Numbered from the stretch's first letter, positions 37,606 to 47,009 are shown. The stretch: DNA of 47,009 bases from a bacterium (GCA_030606865.1 JAUWFQ010000002.1:1-47009), one strand, 5' to 3'. Notes: generated by a model not told the origin, from the letters alone. Numbers and translations: made by a program.

Positions 37606-39382
37606 TGATAACATTTTTATTGTTATTCTCCATATTAAAATCTTCATAAATATACGATAATATTTCACGTGCAATTGGAGCCGCTTCATCACCGCCATGT
37701 CCGACATTTTCTAACAAAATAACAAACGAACGCTTTATATCGTCTTTCACCGCATAACCGATAAACAATGCGTGTGGTTCACCATGTGGATTTTCTGCTG
37801 TACCGGTTTTACCCGCCACCTTTAAACCATCAATATGTGGATTAGCTAACTGACCGGTTCCTTTTTTATCGTTGACAATTTGAAAAAGTAAACCGTTTAA
37901 TCTATCCCATGTGTTTTTCGATATATTTTCAATTTTTACATTTTTTACTCTGGAAGATTCTATAAAGTGCGGTTGTTTTGTAAAACCATTTGTAAAAAAT
38001 AAATTTATATATGTTAGTAATTGTATAGGAGTTACTAATGTTTCACCCTGACCAATTGCAATATTCAATTTTAGTCCTTGGGTCCACCCTTTTTCTCCAT
38101 ATCGTAAATTAAAATATTTTTCATCAGGAACATTACCAAAACTTTCCGATGGTAAATCTATTCCTGTTTTTCCTCCAAATCCAAACTGTCTGCAAAATTC
38201 AGCCCAATCATTTAGAGGTATATTTTGGATAGCATTAAAAAAATACACATTACAAGATTGTATTAAAGCTTTATCCAAATTAACGTAACCGTGGCCAGCT
38301 TCATTCCAGCATTTAAATGTGCGGTTTCCAAATCGATATTTACCTGAACAATAAAATTGTTTGTCAGGACTAATAACTTTGTGTTCCAGTATATAAGCTA
38401 ATGCAATCATTTTAATAGTTGATCCCGGAGGATATAAACCATGAGTTATTCGATTTAATAATGGTTTATCAGGATCATTCAATATTTGATTCCAATCATC
38501 AGACAAAGTAGCTCCGGTAAATAAATCCGGTGAATAATTTGGTGAATTAACGAAACTCAAAATTTCTCCGGTTGTGGGTTCTCCCACAATTACACAACCA
38601 CGTTTACCTACCATTAAATCTTCAATAAATCTTTGGAGTTCTGAATCTATAGTAGTTACCAAATCTTTACCCGGCTTAGGTACAATTCTATTCCTACCGG
38701 CTATCTCGCCGATAATCCTACCATAAGCATCTACTGCTTTATACTCAACGCCTTTTTGATCTCGTAGGTAACCTTCGTATGATTTTTCTAATCCGCTCCA
38801 TCCAATCAAATCTCCATAATTATATTCATTAGAACTGGAAATATTTTTAATATTGATTCTATCAACTTCAACTACATAACCAAGGAAATGCGATCCATTC
38901 ATATTAGAAGCATAATGTCTCTCTTGAATTTGTTTATAATCGATGCCCGGCAAATCGAGCTTATGCTCTTCTAATCGAGAAATTTGCTCAAATGTTAAAT
39001 CCTTGATTAAACGTACCGGTGTGAAATATCCATAGTAATATTTTTTATAATTTTCAGATAGTAATGTAGAGTCACAATTTAATAATTGGCTTATAATTGA
39101 AATCGTACTGTCAATATTACCAATAACATTCGGTAAAGCAATTAACACATAAGTAGGCGCGTTATCAACAATAATTTCTCCATTCCTATCGAGGATTGAG
39201 CCTCTTGGGGCATGTAGACTTTCAGCTCTAATACTATTAATATTGGCTTTCTCTTTGTACTGATTATGTCGAACAACTTGTAATTGAAAAAACTTTGTTA
39301 TTAAAATACTAAATATAATTAAAACTAGTACATTTAACGTTATATATCGTCGTATAGACGTTTCATTACTGGTTTTTAACAT
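37595..39382 (-). CDS. mrdA: Penicillin-binding protein 2 (elongasome transpeptidase)
   Basis: SxxK (PGSTIKM), SxN (QSCNVYF) and KTG (AGKTGTAE) motifs, with an N-terminal TM anchor. Confidence 0.93.
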   Translation of the reverse strand: MLKTSNETSIRRYITLNVLVLIIFSILITKFFQLQVVRHNQYKEKANINSIRAESLHAPRGSILDRNGEIIVDNAPTYVLIALPNVIGNIDSTISIISQLLNCDSTLLSENYKKYYYGYFTPVRLIKDLTFEQISRLEEHKLDLPGIDYKQIQERHYASNMNGSHFLGYVVEVDRINIKNISSSNEYNYGDLIGWSGLEKSYEGYLRDQKGVEYKAVDAYGRIIGEIAGRNRIVPKPGKDLVTTIDSELQRFIEDLMVGKRGCVIVGEPTTGEILSFVNSPNYSPDLFTGATLSDDWNQILNDPDKPLLNRITHGLYPPGSTIKMIALAYILEHKVISPDKQFYCSGKYRFGNRTFKCWNEAGHGYVNLDKALIQSCNVYFFNAIQNIPLNDWAEFCRQFGFGGKTGIDLPSESFGNVPDEKYFNLRYGEKGWTQGLKLNIAIGQGETLVTPIQLLTYINLFFTNGFTKQPHFIESSRVKNVKIENISKNTWDRLNGLLFQIVNDKKGTGQLANPHIDGLKVAGKTGTAENPHGEPHALFIGYAVKDDIKRSFVILLENVGHGGDEAAPIAREILSYIYEDFNMENNNKNVINAE

Positions 39383-39383
39383 T

Positions 39384-39851
39384 TTAAGTCCGTCGCAATG
39401 GTACTATAAATTGAAGTATTGCTAAAATAGATAATGTGTATAAGGAAGTTTTTAACCACGTTAAAAGAAATATCTTTAAATCATTATAAAATAAAAAATC
39501 ATAGTTGAAGTATGTATAAATTAAAAAACTGCTAAATATTATTAAAAAGCATGAAACATTAAAAAAGGCAGGAACCATTTTGTAATGTTGGGTTTTTAAA
39601 AAACCACCCGCATATCCAACAATTGAATATATTAACGATAACAAACCGACTGTCAACCCACCGTCAAAAATACTTGTTATAATTCCTATACTAAATCCTG
39701 CTAATACTCCTTTAAAACTTCCATAGTTAACCGCAAAATACAGAACAAAGATTATTAAAAAATCAGGACGAACACCACCAATTGATAAAAGATTCGAAAG
39801 GAATATTTGCATTAATAATACAATAATAAAAATTAAACCATATTTTTTCAT
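39384..39851 (-). CDS. mreD: Rod shape-determining protein MreD
   Basis: 155 aa with 4-5 TM helices. N-terminal GGVRPDFLIIFVLYF. It lies between mreC and mrdA. Confidence 0.85.
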   Translation of the reverse strand: MKKYGLIFIIVLLMQIFLSNLLSIGGVRPDFLIIFVLYFAVNYGSFKGVLAGFSIGIITSIFDGGLTVGLLSLIYSIVGYAGGFLKTQHYKMVPAFFNVSCFLIIFSSFLIYTYFNYDFLFYNDLKIFLLTWLKTSLYTLSILAILQFIVPLRRT

Positions 39852-40648
39852 TAATATGTTTCCTCATTTATTATAACAAAAACAAAAATAAGGGAACTTA
39901 AATTGTCTTCAATCCGTATCGATACAATCTTTTGAAATTGACTTCGATTATGAGTTACGCTAGTTACAATACCAATAGGTAAATCAGCCGGAAATATATC
40001 ACTTAATCCTGAAGTAATAACCCTATCACCAACATTTATTTCTGAATTTTTATATACTTCCCGAACATCACATATATTATTTGTCCGCCATCTTAAAATA
40101 CCGGTCGCCGCGCTTGGTAAAAATCGGACACCGATACGAAAATCCGGATCACTAATTAGTTGAACGATCGATGACTTTTTCTTTACAACGGATATTTTAC
40201 CGATGATTCCGGAAGGAGTAAGAACAGGGTTGTTTTTTTTAACTCCCGCGTCTGATCCAACATCAATAGTCATTGAAAGTAAATTTGATGTCAACCCCAT
40301 ATTTGTGACTTTTGCGGGAATTATTTCAATTGTGGTTTCTCTCTTGAAATTTAATAATTCCTTGAGTTTTACATTTTCAGCTTCATATTCAAGCAATGTT
40401 TCTTTTTCAAGTGACAGAAACATTAATCGCTCACGCAATATGTCATTTTCCTGAGCCGCATTGGCAAGTATATTAAATCTTATAAACGGCGATTTAATAT
40501 ACGTTGTTATTTTATTTACAGTTAGACGAAATTGTGTTAATTGGTTTGAATCGCTGTTATAAATAAAAATAAAAGAAATAATTACAGATAAAATAAATGT
40601 AAAGTGATGCTTATTTTTTTGAATTATTACTAAAAGTTTAGCAAGCAT
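39851..40648 (-). CDS. mreC: Rod shape-determining protein MreC
   Basis: TM anchor, coiled-coil ENDILRERLMFLSLEKETLLEYEAENVKLKELL, and a beta domain with GIIGKISVV...GDRVITSGL. Confidence 0.9.
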   Translation of the reverse strand: MLAKLLVIIQKNKHHFTFILSVIISFIFIYNSDSNQLTQFRLTVNKITTYIKSPFIRFNILANAAQENDILRERLMFLSLEKETLLEYEAENVKLKELLNFKRETTIEIIPAKVTNMGLTSNLLSMTIDVGSDAGVKKNNPVLTPSGIIGKISVVKKKSSIVQLISDPDFRIGVRFLPSAATGILRWRTNNICDVREVYKNSEINVGDRVITSGLSDIFPADLPIGIVTSVTHNRSQFQKIVSIRIEDNLSSLIFVFVIINEETY

Positions 40649-41677
40649 TTACATCAAAATAGCCTCATATTTGTCTAAATTTTCGAGTACTATACCAGTC
40701 CCTTGTACAACTGCTAATATAGCATTTTCAGAAACGTTTACTGGAACTTTAGTTCTCTCACGAATAATTTGATCTAATCCTCTTAACAATGAACCACCAC
40801 CGGTTAAAATAATTCCCCTATCAATAATATCGGATGCAAGCTCTGGCGGAGTTTGTTCAAATGCTCTTCTTATCGCTTCAACAATATTATTTACTGAATC
40901 TTTCAAAGCTTGTCGGATTTCATCCGATGAGACGTCGACAACTTTTGGAATTCCTGAAACAAGATCTCTTCCTTTTACTGATATCGTTTCCGCTTTCATT
41001 CGCATCGCTGAACCAACAGTTATCTTAATAGCTTCTCCGGTAGGGATTCCAATATCAAGCTTATGTTCATTTTTAAACCATTGTACAATTGCATCATCCA
41101 TTTCATCACCGGCAATTCTGATTGTTTCTTTAGAAACTACTCCGTTTAGTGCTATTACAGCAACCTCTGTAGTACCGCCTCCAACATCAACAATAATATT
41201 TCCGACCGGTCTACTGATATCCAATCCAATTCCTATTGCTGCTGCCATAGGTTCTTCAATTAAGTACACCTCTCTTGCATTTGCTCTTTCACCGGAATCT
41301 CTCACTGCTCGCCTTTCAACTTCTGTCACACCTGATGGAACACATATTACCATCTTTGGTCTAGCTAATCTGTTTAGATTTATCTTTCTAATAAATCCCT
41401 GCAGCATTTCATCTGTCATATTGAAATTGGCGATAACGCCATCTTGCAAAGGCCGTATAGTTTCTAATCCACGATGTGTTTTACCCATCATCGCTTTAGC
41501 GTCATTACCAACAGCAATCACCTTATCATCATGAATGGAACGCGCTACAATTGATGGTTCATTGATTACAATTCCCTGTCCGCTAAGATAAATTAAAGTA
41601 TTGGCTGTTCCCAAATCGATAGCAATATCACCGGAAACCCAATTAAAAACATTAGAAATTTTGTCAAATATATTCAT
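40649..41677 (-). CDS. mreB: Rod shape-determining actin homolog MreB
   Basis: Contains DIAIDLGTANTLIY, IIVDVGGGTTEVAVI and GIILTGGGSLLRGLD. Confidence 0.97.
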   Translation of the reverse strand: MNIFDKISNVFNWVSGDIAIDLGTANTLIYLSGQGIVINEPSIVARSIHDDKVIAVGNDAKAMMGKTHRGLETIRPLQDGVIANFNMTDEMLQGFIRKINLNRLARPKMVICVPSGVTEVERRAVRDSGERANAREVYLIEEPMAAAIGIGLDISRPVGNIIVDVGGGTTEVAVIALNGVVSKETIRIAGDEMDDAIVQWFKNEHKLDIGIPTGEAIKITVGSAMRMKAETISVKGRDLVSGIPKVVDVSSDEIRQALKDSVNNIVEAIRRAFEQTPPELASDIIDRGIILTGGGSLLRGLDQIIRERTKVPVNVSENAILAVVQGTGIVLENLDKYEAILM

Positions 41678-41780
41678 TTAAAATGTTCAAATTTGTAATA
41701 ATATCATAAAATACAGACTGTTAAGTTAGTGAAATTAAAACTGATTCTGATAATTAATAAAATGAAATTGAGTAATTATT

Positions 41781-42842
41781 TTAATCAACTTCTATTCTAC
41801 TTTGGTCACCTAATATAAACCTATGTGACGACTGGTCTTTATTATTACCGATTATTTGTACATCATTTCCCAATAATGAACCGGTAATTTTATCTGTAAC
41901 ATTTTTTATTTTGCTATCGCTCATAATTATAGAATAACCAACTTCGCTATTAATAATTTCACAACGCCTTCCAATGGAAGTATGGGGTGTAATATGTGCG
42001 TTTTCAATAATGGAGTCATCGCCAATTATAACGGGTCCATCAATTTTTGAGTCAATTATTTTTACATTTTTACCAGTTTGTAAATTACCGGATACTTCAG
42101 TATTAGTTATTATTCCATCTCTACTATCGTCTATATTATCAAGTACTAAGCGGTTTGCTTCCAATAAATCAGAAGGTTTACCAGTATCTTTCCACCAACC
42201 GGTTATTTCTGAGTAACTAATATGATAACCTTTATCTAATAAATACTGATGTGCATCTGAAATCTCTAACTCGCCTCGCGCTGAAGGTTTGATATTATTA
42301 ACCGCTTCAAAAATATTATTATCATATAAATAGATACCGGTAACTGCCAAATTACTTTTTGGAACACTTGGTTTTTCTTCGATTCCTATAATTTTGTTAT
42401 CCTTAATTTCTGCTACACCAAAGCGATTTGGATCCGGTACTTTACTTAGTGCAAGATGACAATTAGAATTCGCATTTTTGAATTCTGTAACAAATCTACT
42501 AACTCCCCCGACTAAAATATTATCACCCAAATAAAAAATAAAAGGATCATCTCCTACAAAATTCTCAGATATTTTAACAACATGAGCTAATCCAAGCGGT
42601 GCATCCTGCGGGATATAAGTAATTTTAATATTCCGACTACTACCATCTCCGAATTCAGATCTAATGGAATCATCCCCTACATTAATTATTATTGCAACAT
42701 CAATAATATTGGCTTGACGGACATATTCTAATGCATAATCCAACATTAACTTGTTAGCAATTGGTATCAAATGTTTATTTTGAGTATGAGTTATTGGCCT
42801 TAGCCGTGTCCCGTGACCTCCGGCAGTAATAAGTGCTTTCAT
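41781..42842 (-). CDS. rmlA: Glucose-1-phosphate thymidylyltransferase, long form with a left-handed beta-helix tail
   Basis: Contains MKALITAGGHGTRLRPITHTQNKHLIPI, and the C-terminal third has hexapeptide repeats. SD GAGGAG at 42849-42854. ATGA overlap with the upstream gene. Sugar specificity is inferred only. Confidence 0.8.
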   Translation of the reverse strand: MKALITAGGHGTRLRPITHTQNKHLIPIANKLMLDYALEYVRQANIIDVAIIINVGDDSIRSEFGDGSSRNIKITYIPQDAPLGLAHVVKISENFVGDDPFIFYLGDNILVGGVSRFVTEFKNANSNCHLALSKVPDPNRFGVAEIKDNKIIGIEEKPSVPKSNLAVTGIYLYDNNIFEAVNNIKPSARGELEISDAHQYLLDKGYHISYSEITGWWKDTGKPSDLLEANRLVLDNIDDSRDGIITNTEVSGNLQTGKNVKIIDSKIDGPVIIGDDSIIENAHITPHTSIGRRCEIINSEVGYSIIMSDSKIKNVTDKITGSLLGNDVQIIGNNKDQSSHRFILGDQSRIEVD

Positions 42843-43366
42843 TTTTTTCTCCTCATACCATCTTTAGACAATTTATCAGCTGCCGCATTTTGCTCTCGTG
42901 GAATATAAGTTATAGACCAAGAACTGAAATTTTTAAACAGACTAATTGCTTTACTATGGAGTACTTGCATACGCTCATTTTTAACTTTGTAATTACCGTT
43001 TATCTGTTTTACAATCAACTCGCTATCTGCAAATATGTTGATATTAAATATATTTAGATTATGTGATTCTTCAAGTCCTTTGATTAATGCTTTATACTCT
43101 GCTTCATTATTGGTTGCGCTTCCAATAAATTCTGAAAAACTGAATAATTCATCACCGTTGCGATAAAATACACCACCAATTCCCGCTGTTTTTGTGTGCA
43201 AATCCGCTGCACCATCAACATATAATTTTACAGATGCACTATCATCTAAACGTTCGCTAATATTGCGAAGTATATAAATATCAATATTCTTAATACTATT
43301 AAGTACTTTTGATTGAAGTACTTTTTTTAATTCTGAGAGTTCGGCTTTGGATAATTTTAAAATCAC
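42839..43366 (-). CDS. RNase HI-family protein with an N-terminal extension of about 45 aa
   Basis: DEDD pattern: LYVDGAA, NNEAEYKALIKGLE, IFADSELIV and EQNAAADKLSK. GTG start at 43366. Confidence 0.8.
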   Translation of the reverse strand: MILKLSKAELSELKKVLQSKVLNSIKNIDIYILRNISERLDDSASVKLYVDGAADLHTKTAGIGGVFYRNGDELFSFSEFIGSATNNEAEYKALIKGLEESHNLNIFNINIFADSELIVKQINGNYKVKNERMQVLHSKAISLFKNFSSWSITYIPREQNAAADKLSKDGMRRKK

Positions 43367-43482
43367 AAGTTGGAATTTATTGGATTTTGTTCAATATTAA
43401 AATCGGAATTGTAATTTTGGGAAATTAGGGAATCCATCTACTCCGACCGCTTGCAGATACGATGGACAAGTTAGGGAACTTG

Positions 43483-43839
43483 TTATTTGGAATATGTTTT
43501 TTGGAACTTATCATTATTACTCCATTTTTTATGTATATCGATTTGCTCTAGTATGTCTTCATCGGAAATTTTAAATCGTAACAAATTTCTAAGATGTACT
43601 TTTTGGAGTACATAAAAGCTTATAATACTGATGATTACAAGGAATATTCCTGATAAAGTTGTCCCAAATAAAAAATCTTTTATTGATAAAATAATAAAAA
43701 CCAGTGGAAAAAATATTCTACTCCATTTATCTTTATTGCTCACTTTCTTCAGATCCGCTCTTATTCCTTTCAGTGTCGGTTTTTTCATCATCTCGTAACC
43801 AACAAATTGTAAAATAGGATGTTTTAAAAATGGATTCAT
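43483..43839 (-). CDS. Small two-TM membrane protein of unknown function
   Basis: 118 aa. Two hydrophobic helices (WSRIFFPLVFIILSI and LSGIFLVIISIISFYVL) are flanked by basic segments. No motif recognised. Confidence 0.6.
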   Translation of the reverse strand: MNPFLKHPILQFVGYEMMKKPTLKGIRADLKKVSNKDKWSRIFFPLVFIILSIKDFLFGTTLSGIFLVIISIISFYVLQKVHLRNLLRFKISDEDILEQIDIHKKWSNNDKFQKTYSK

Positions 43840-43850
43840 AAAATTACTCC

Positions 43851-44639
43851 TTATTTAATAAATGGATTTGCACCATTTTGTACATGACACTCTTCCCAAT
43901 AATAGCACCAATTACATAAAATAGATTCCTTAGCGGGAAACTCTCCTCCACTATTCATTTGCGAACGAATTTTATCAATTTGTTTCTTTATACTAATGGA
44001 TAAATCTCTCAATTGTTTTTCAGTCCGCACAGATTCAACTTTTATTCCATGTTGCAAAAAATGCCAAACTAATTTTACGGATTTAATCTCTTTATCTTTA
44101 CTCATTAACCCTATTTGATAAAGCGCCAACTGATTATCCTTATCCGCTTGACTTTGAGTTAGCGCACGTTTGCCCGATTTATAATCATGAATTTCCCAAT
44201 TACCATCTCCATCATGATCCAACCTGTCAACAATTCCTTTAATTACATATTTACCATCTTTGTCAATTGCAAAGTTTAATTCAATTTCGTTGCCAACTAG
44301 AGGTTCTTCAAATGGAGAGTATTTTCTATAATATCGGGCAATACAATCTTCACCTAAGCTCTTGTAATAATTTGTTGATTTTTCAGTCCGTACGATACCG
44401 ATACGATTATGCCACTTATCTTGCCAATTTGAATTGTATTTATCAACTACATGATCAAAAAAAGGAATACATCCATCTAATACTTCATTATACAAATACT
44501 CTAACGCTTCATGAACTCTTTTTCCCATGAATGCTTCAATGCTTTCATCGGGTTTCCGAATATTATCAATATATCTGATTTTGAATTGGGCAGGACATTT
44601 CTTATACGTTTCTAAACTGCTGTAGGAAAATCTTTTCAT
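43851..44639 (-). CDS. PD-(D/E)XK nuclease, Cas4/AddB-like with a four-Cys cluster
   Basis: SYSSLETYKKCPAQF supplies the first Cys. GIVDRLD...WEIHDYKSGK carries the D...ExK core. QLALYQ is the QxxxY motif. C-terminal CNWCYYWEEC is a CX2CX5C pattern. Confidence 0.8.
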   Translation of the reverse strand: MKRFSYSSLETYKKCPAQFKIRYIDNIRKPDESIEAFMGKRVHEALEYLYNEVLDGCIPFFDHVVDKYNSNWQDKWHNRIGIVRTEKSTNYYKSLGEDCIARYYRKYSPFEEPLVGNEIELNFAIDKDGKYVIKGIVDRLDHDGDGNWEIHDYKSGKRALTQSQADKDNQLALYQIGLMSKDKEIKSVKLVWHFLQHGIKVESVRTEKQLRDLSISIKKQIDKIRSQMNSGGEFPAKESILCNWCYYWEECHVQNGANPFIK

Positions 44640-44653
44640 GTATTTTGTTTAAT

Positions 44654-45907
44654 CTACCTTTGATAGCCAAGGAATGGCGTTGATAAACGATAATGCCCAA
44701 AATTGTCACCGACAAAAATAAATGATTCCTGAATTCTATAATAGTGCCATGTCTCATAGGGTTCTTGTCTTTGTTGTACCATAAACCTATCAATTTCATC
44801 AGGAGGACCAAAAATTATGTATATCATTCCCATGTCAGTTTCCCAACCGTCAATAAAGCTGTCAAAGTGTATATTTGCATATGCAACACGTTTGTAATAT
44901 TCATTCATTAATTCATTTACTACTGTGTCCGGTGTCGGATCACGACGTTTCCATAATTTTTTAAACAATTCTTCTATTTTTTTAGTCGATACTTTCTTTA
45001 TTTCCCGTCGCTCTTTTGAATCAAGTATATACCGCATTTGCTGTAAAGCCTCATCAAGATTTGATATCAAATGCGATATACCCGCTTTGCGTATTACTAT
45101 CTTTTTAGTTTTTTCTGTAGAATATTTATCCTGTACTAATTCAGTTTTTACTTTAATACTAATTCCTTTGATATTCTCTTTTGGGAGAATTACTATTTGT
45201 TTGAATATTCCTGTTTGTGACGTATCAGTAATTATCTTTTCAAATAGTATTTTTCCATCCTTATCCAAAAATTGTGTATTCAAAGTATATTTACTCGGTA
45301 ATACTTTACCGGATAGGTAAAAAGTCAAACCATCATCAATATCAAAGGTGCTATTGTGTAACGCAGGGATCATTCCATCACCAAAACCCCAATTCCCTTC
45401 AGATTTATCCAATAATATTGGTGTATGCAGATAATGGTTTTTATCGTAATCAGACAGATTCAATTTTATTTTATTTTCTCCGCTATTTTTTGTATCAAGA
45501 TCCAATAAACTGGCAACCACTGTGTATTTTCCTGATGGTACCTTGAACGAAATCATTAATGTTTTATTTTTCGTAATTGAATTAGTGGAATTATAATCGT
45601 TTACGATAATGGAATCTTGCCAAACTTCCCTTCCGATTTGCTTTCCTTTTTTTGTTTGCAAAACAATCACTGCTTCATAACGTGCAATAAAAGTTGTATC
45701 AATTTTGATATATTGTAGCGTAAAATTTGGTATACGCATATAAATTAATACTTCCAAAGAATCACCAACGTTTGCAGTTCGTGTAAAAGCAGATAATGAA
45801 AATTTTTCTATATTTTTCTTTGGAATTTGTTGACGTTGTGCTAAAGTTATATTTGCATTGAATATGATCAATAAACCAAACCATAAAATTGTATTAATTT
45901 TTCTCAT
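44654..45907 (-). CDS. GWxTD-domain protein
   Basis: Signal peptide MRKINTILWFGLLIIFNANITLAQ from the ATG at 45907, an ATGA overlap with the upstream stop. An alternative ATG lies at 45922. The C-terminal domain has WKRRDPTPDT...EYYKRV..AN..F.....GWETDMGMIYIIFGPPDEI. Confidence 0.8.
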   Translation of the reverse strand: MRKINTILWFGLLIIFNANITLAQRQQIPKKNIEKFSLSAFTRTANVGDSLEVLIYMRIPNFTLQYIKIDTTFIARYEAVIVLQTKKGKQIGREVWQDSIIVNDYNSTNSITKNKTLMISFKVPSGKYTVVASLLDLDTKNSGENKIKLNLSDYDKNHYLHTPILLDKSEGNWGFGDGMIPALHNSTFDIDDGLTFYLSGKVLPSKYTLNTQFLDKDGKILFEKIITDTSQTGIFKQIVILPKENIKGISIKVKTELVQDKYSTEKTKKIVIRKAGISHLISNLDEALQQMRYILDSKERREIKKVSTKKIEELFKKLWKRRDPTPDTVVNELMNEYYKRVAYANIHFDSFIDGWETDMGMIYIIFGPPDEIDRFMVQQRQEPYETWHYYRIQESFIFVGDNFGHYRLSTPFLGYQR

Positions 45908-47009
45908 AAGTTTTTCTTCCATAAATATTTGATTAGACCTTTGTCACTACCAATCAATAAAGTATTACCCTGAATATACATATCCTGCACTGAGCCAATA
46001 AAAGGATAATCGTATAATTGTGAATATCCATCATTAAGGTTAATTTGCCAAATACCATTATCAGTACCGATAAAAGAATATCCGTTTGCGATCACCAAAT
46101 TATTTACTTTACTACCCGCATAAGCTGATGGTTCCACTATCACAGTCCAATATTCATCTTGAATATTATAATTTAATATCCCAACCGGAGTAGAAACGTA
46201 GATTCCTTCATCATTTTGATATAAGTCGGTAAACTTGGTAAAAATATTTTTTCTCTTTTTTATTAAATTTGTATTTCCAAATTTTTTAAAATCAGTTAAC
46301 AAATTGTTTTTTGGATCATATATTAATAAATAACTATCCGTAGCAATCCATAAATTTCCATTAATAATTTCGAGGTCATTTATTCTTCGCAAACTCAATA
46401 AATTTCCAAAATCTATTTGTTCAGCACGCTTGCTGATTGTTGATATTTTCACCAATCCTCTCGTTGTACCGACCCAAATTGAAGATGTATCTTCAATCAT
46501 TGAAGTAATCATTCCATTAGGAATACCATTAGCTTCTGTGATTTCTCGCCAATAGTCTTTCTTTCTATTGTATATTGAAATCGCTGAGTTACCTCCAAAC
46601 CATATTTCCTTATCTGTTTCTAATATGGAGTAAAATGGTTGCGATCTTAAATTAATTGAATTTTCATAATCGATATGTTGAAAATAATTTTGGCGAAAAT
46701 TGTATTTGGTGATTCCTTTTGCATTAAAATTATTGCGTCCAGCAATCCATAAATCATTAGGTTTTGTAAATGCAGTAACATCCGTGTTATTCAATCCAAT
46801 ACTAAACGGATAAAATGTTTCCATTTGTCCATCACCATTAAGAATCGTACCGTTTTCCATACCAATATATACTTCGCTATTTTTACCAAAGTAAAAAGTA
46901 GTCGGTAAAACAATTTTGCCAAACGGATCAATAAACTGATTATAATTCATTATCCATCCGTCCATTATAATATAATTTTTTAAACTATTTGGTATATCCA
47001 AATATTGTT
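45904..47009 (-). CDS. Beta-propeller repeat protein (two-component-regulator-propeller-like); the N-terminus probably lies beyond the right edge
   Basis: Repeated units: LWIAGRNNFNAKGITKYN, IWFGGNSAISIYNRKKDYW, IWVGTTRGLVKIS, LWIATDSYLLIYDPKNN and LLIGSDKGLIKY. The M in the ORF track is a TTG, and the frame stays open to nt 47009. Confidence 0.65.
   Translation of the reverse strand, partial: QYLDIPNSLKNYIIMDGWIMNYNQFIDPFGKIVLPTTFYFGKNSEVYIGMENGTILNGDGQMETFYPFSIGLNNTDVTAFTKPNDLWIAGRNNFNAKGITKYNFRQNYFQHIDYENSINLRSQPFYSILETDKEIWFGGNSAISIYNRKKDYWREITEANGIPNGMITSMIEDTSSIWVGTTRGLVKISTISKRAEQIDFGNLLSLRRINDLEIINGNLWIATDSYLLIYDPKNNLLTDFKKFGNTNLIKKRKNIFTKFTDLYQNDEGIYVSTPVGILNYNIQDEYWTVIVEPSAYAGSKVNNLVIANGYSFIGTDNGIWQINLNDGYSQLYDYPFIGSVQDMYIQGNTLLIGSDKGLIKYLWKKNL

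Noticed and set aside
37606-37707. Long N-terminal extension of the rodA ORF overlapping mrdA by 113 nt
   Set aside because: The extension (MSDMAVMKRLQLHVKYYRIFMKILIWRITIK) has no SEDS counterpart. An internal ATG at 37605 or 37614 precedes the first TM helix and gives a normal short overlap.
42839-43366. RNase H domain as part of a retron, reverse transcriptase or retroelement
   Set aside because: There is no reverse-transcriptase domain or YxDD motif in this ORF or its neighbours. The protein is a stand-alone RNase HI-type domain with a short N-terminal extension.
9814-44811. Minus-strand ORFs nested out of frame inside larger genes: 9814..10008, 12592..12852, 17938..18135, 26654..27001, 27329..27547, 32565..32756 and 44602..44811
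   Set aside because: They overlap well-supported genes in another frame, have odd composition, and carry no independent signal.

Overview
This is a visibly AT-rich, very gene-dense 47 kb window. I estimate G+C at about one third by eye and did not compute it. Every supportable gene lies on the minus strand: about 46 CDS plus one tRNA-Ser. Many neighbours share overlapping stop and start codons (ATGA, TAATG, TTGA). Most of the content is core housekeeping: dprA, obg, icd, coaD, rsmD, hrcA-grpE-dnaJ, ftsEX, nadD, bamD, glyA, mreBCD-mrdA-rodA, and rmlA/rmlD-type genes. Markers such as PorV, a T9SS C-terminal sorting domain, a GWxTD protein, DUF5683-like and DUF4270-like proteins and a half-size GlgA point to the FCB superphylum. 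The clear AGGAG-type ribosome-binding sites suggest it is not a classical Bacteroidetes. That taxonomic placement is inference only. I found no CRISPR array, rRNA, transposase, integrase or other obvious mobile element. The stretches most worth a second look are:
- An overlap-coupled outer-membrane module: porV, then a CTD-tagged M6-like protein with a destroyed HExxH, then a metalloprotease/beta-propeller/Omp85-barrel fusion, then a DUF5683-like protein, then bamD.
- A PilM-like/TM/periplasmic fusion protein with a 30-bp tandem repeat, next to a non-canonical pilin-like protein and comEA, all inside the chaperone operon.
- A SxtJ-like / carbamoyltransferase / DUF5989-like triad whose 49-codon member is missing from the ORF track.
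- A PorV carrying two EF-hand-like loops.
- A Cas4-like Fe-S nuclease neighbourhood followed by a GWxTD/beta-propeller pair.
All functional calls come from motifs I read in the translations. No database search was possible.
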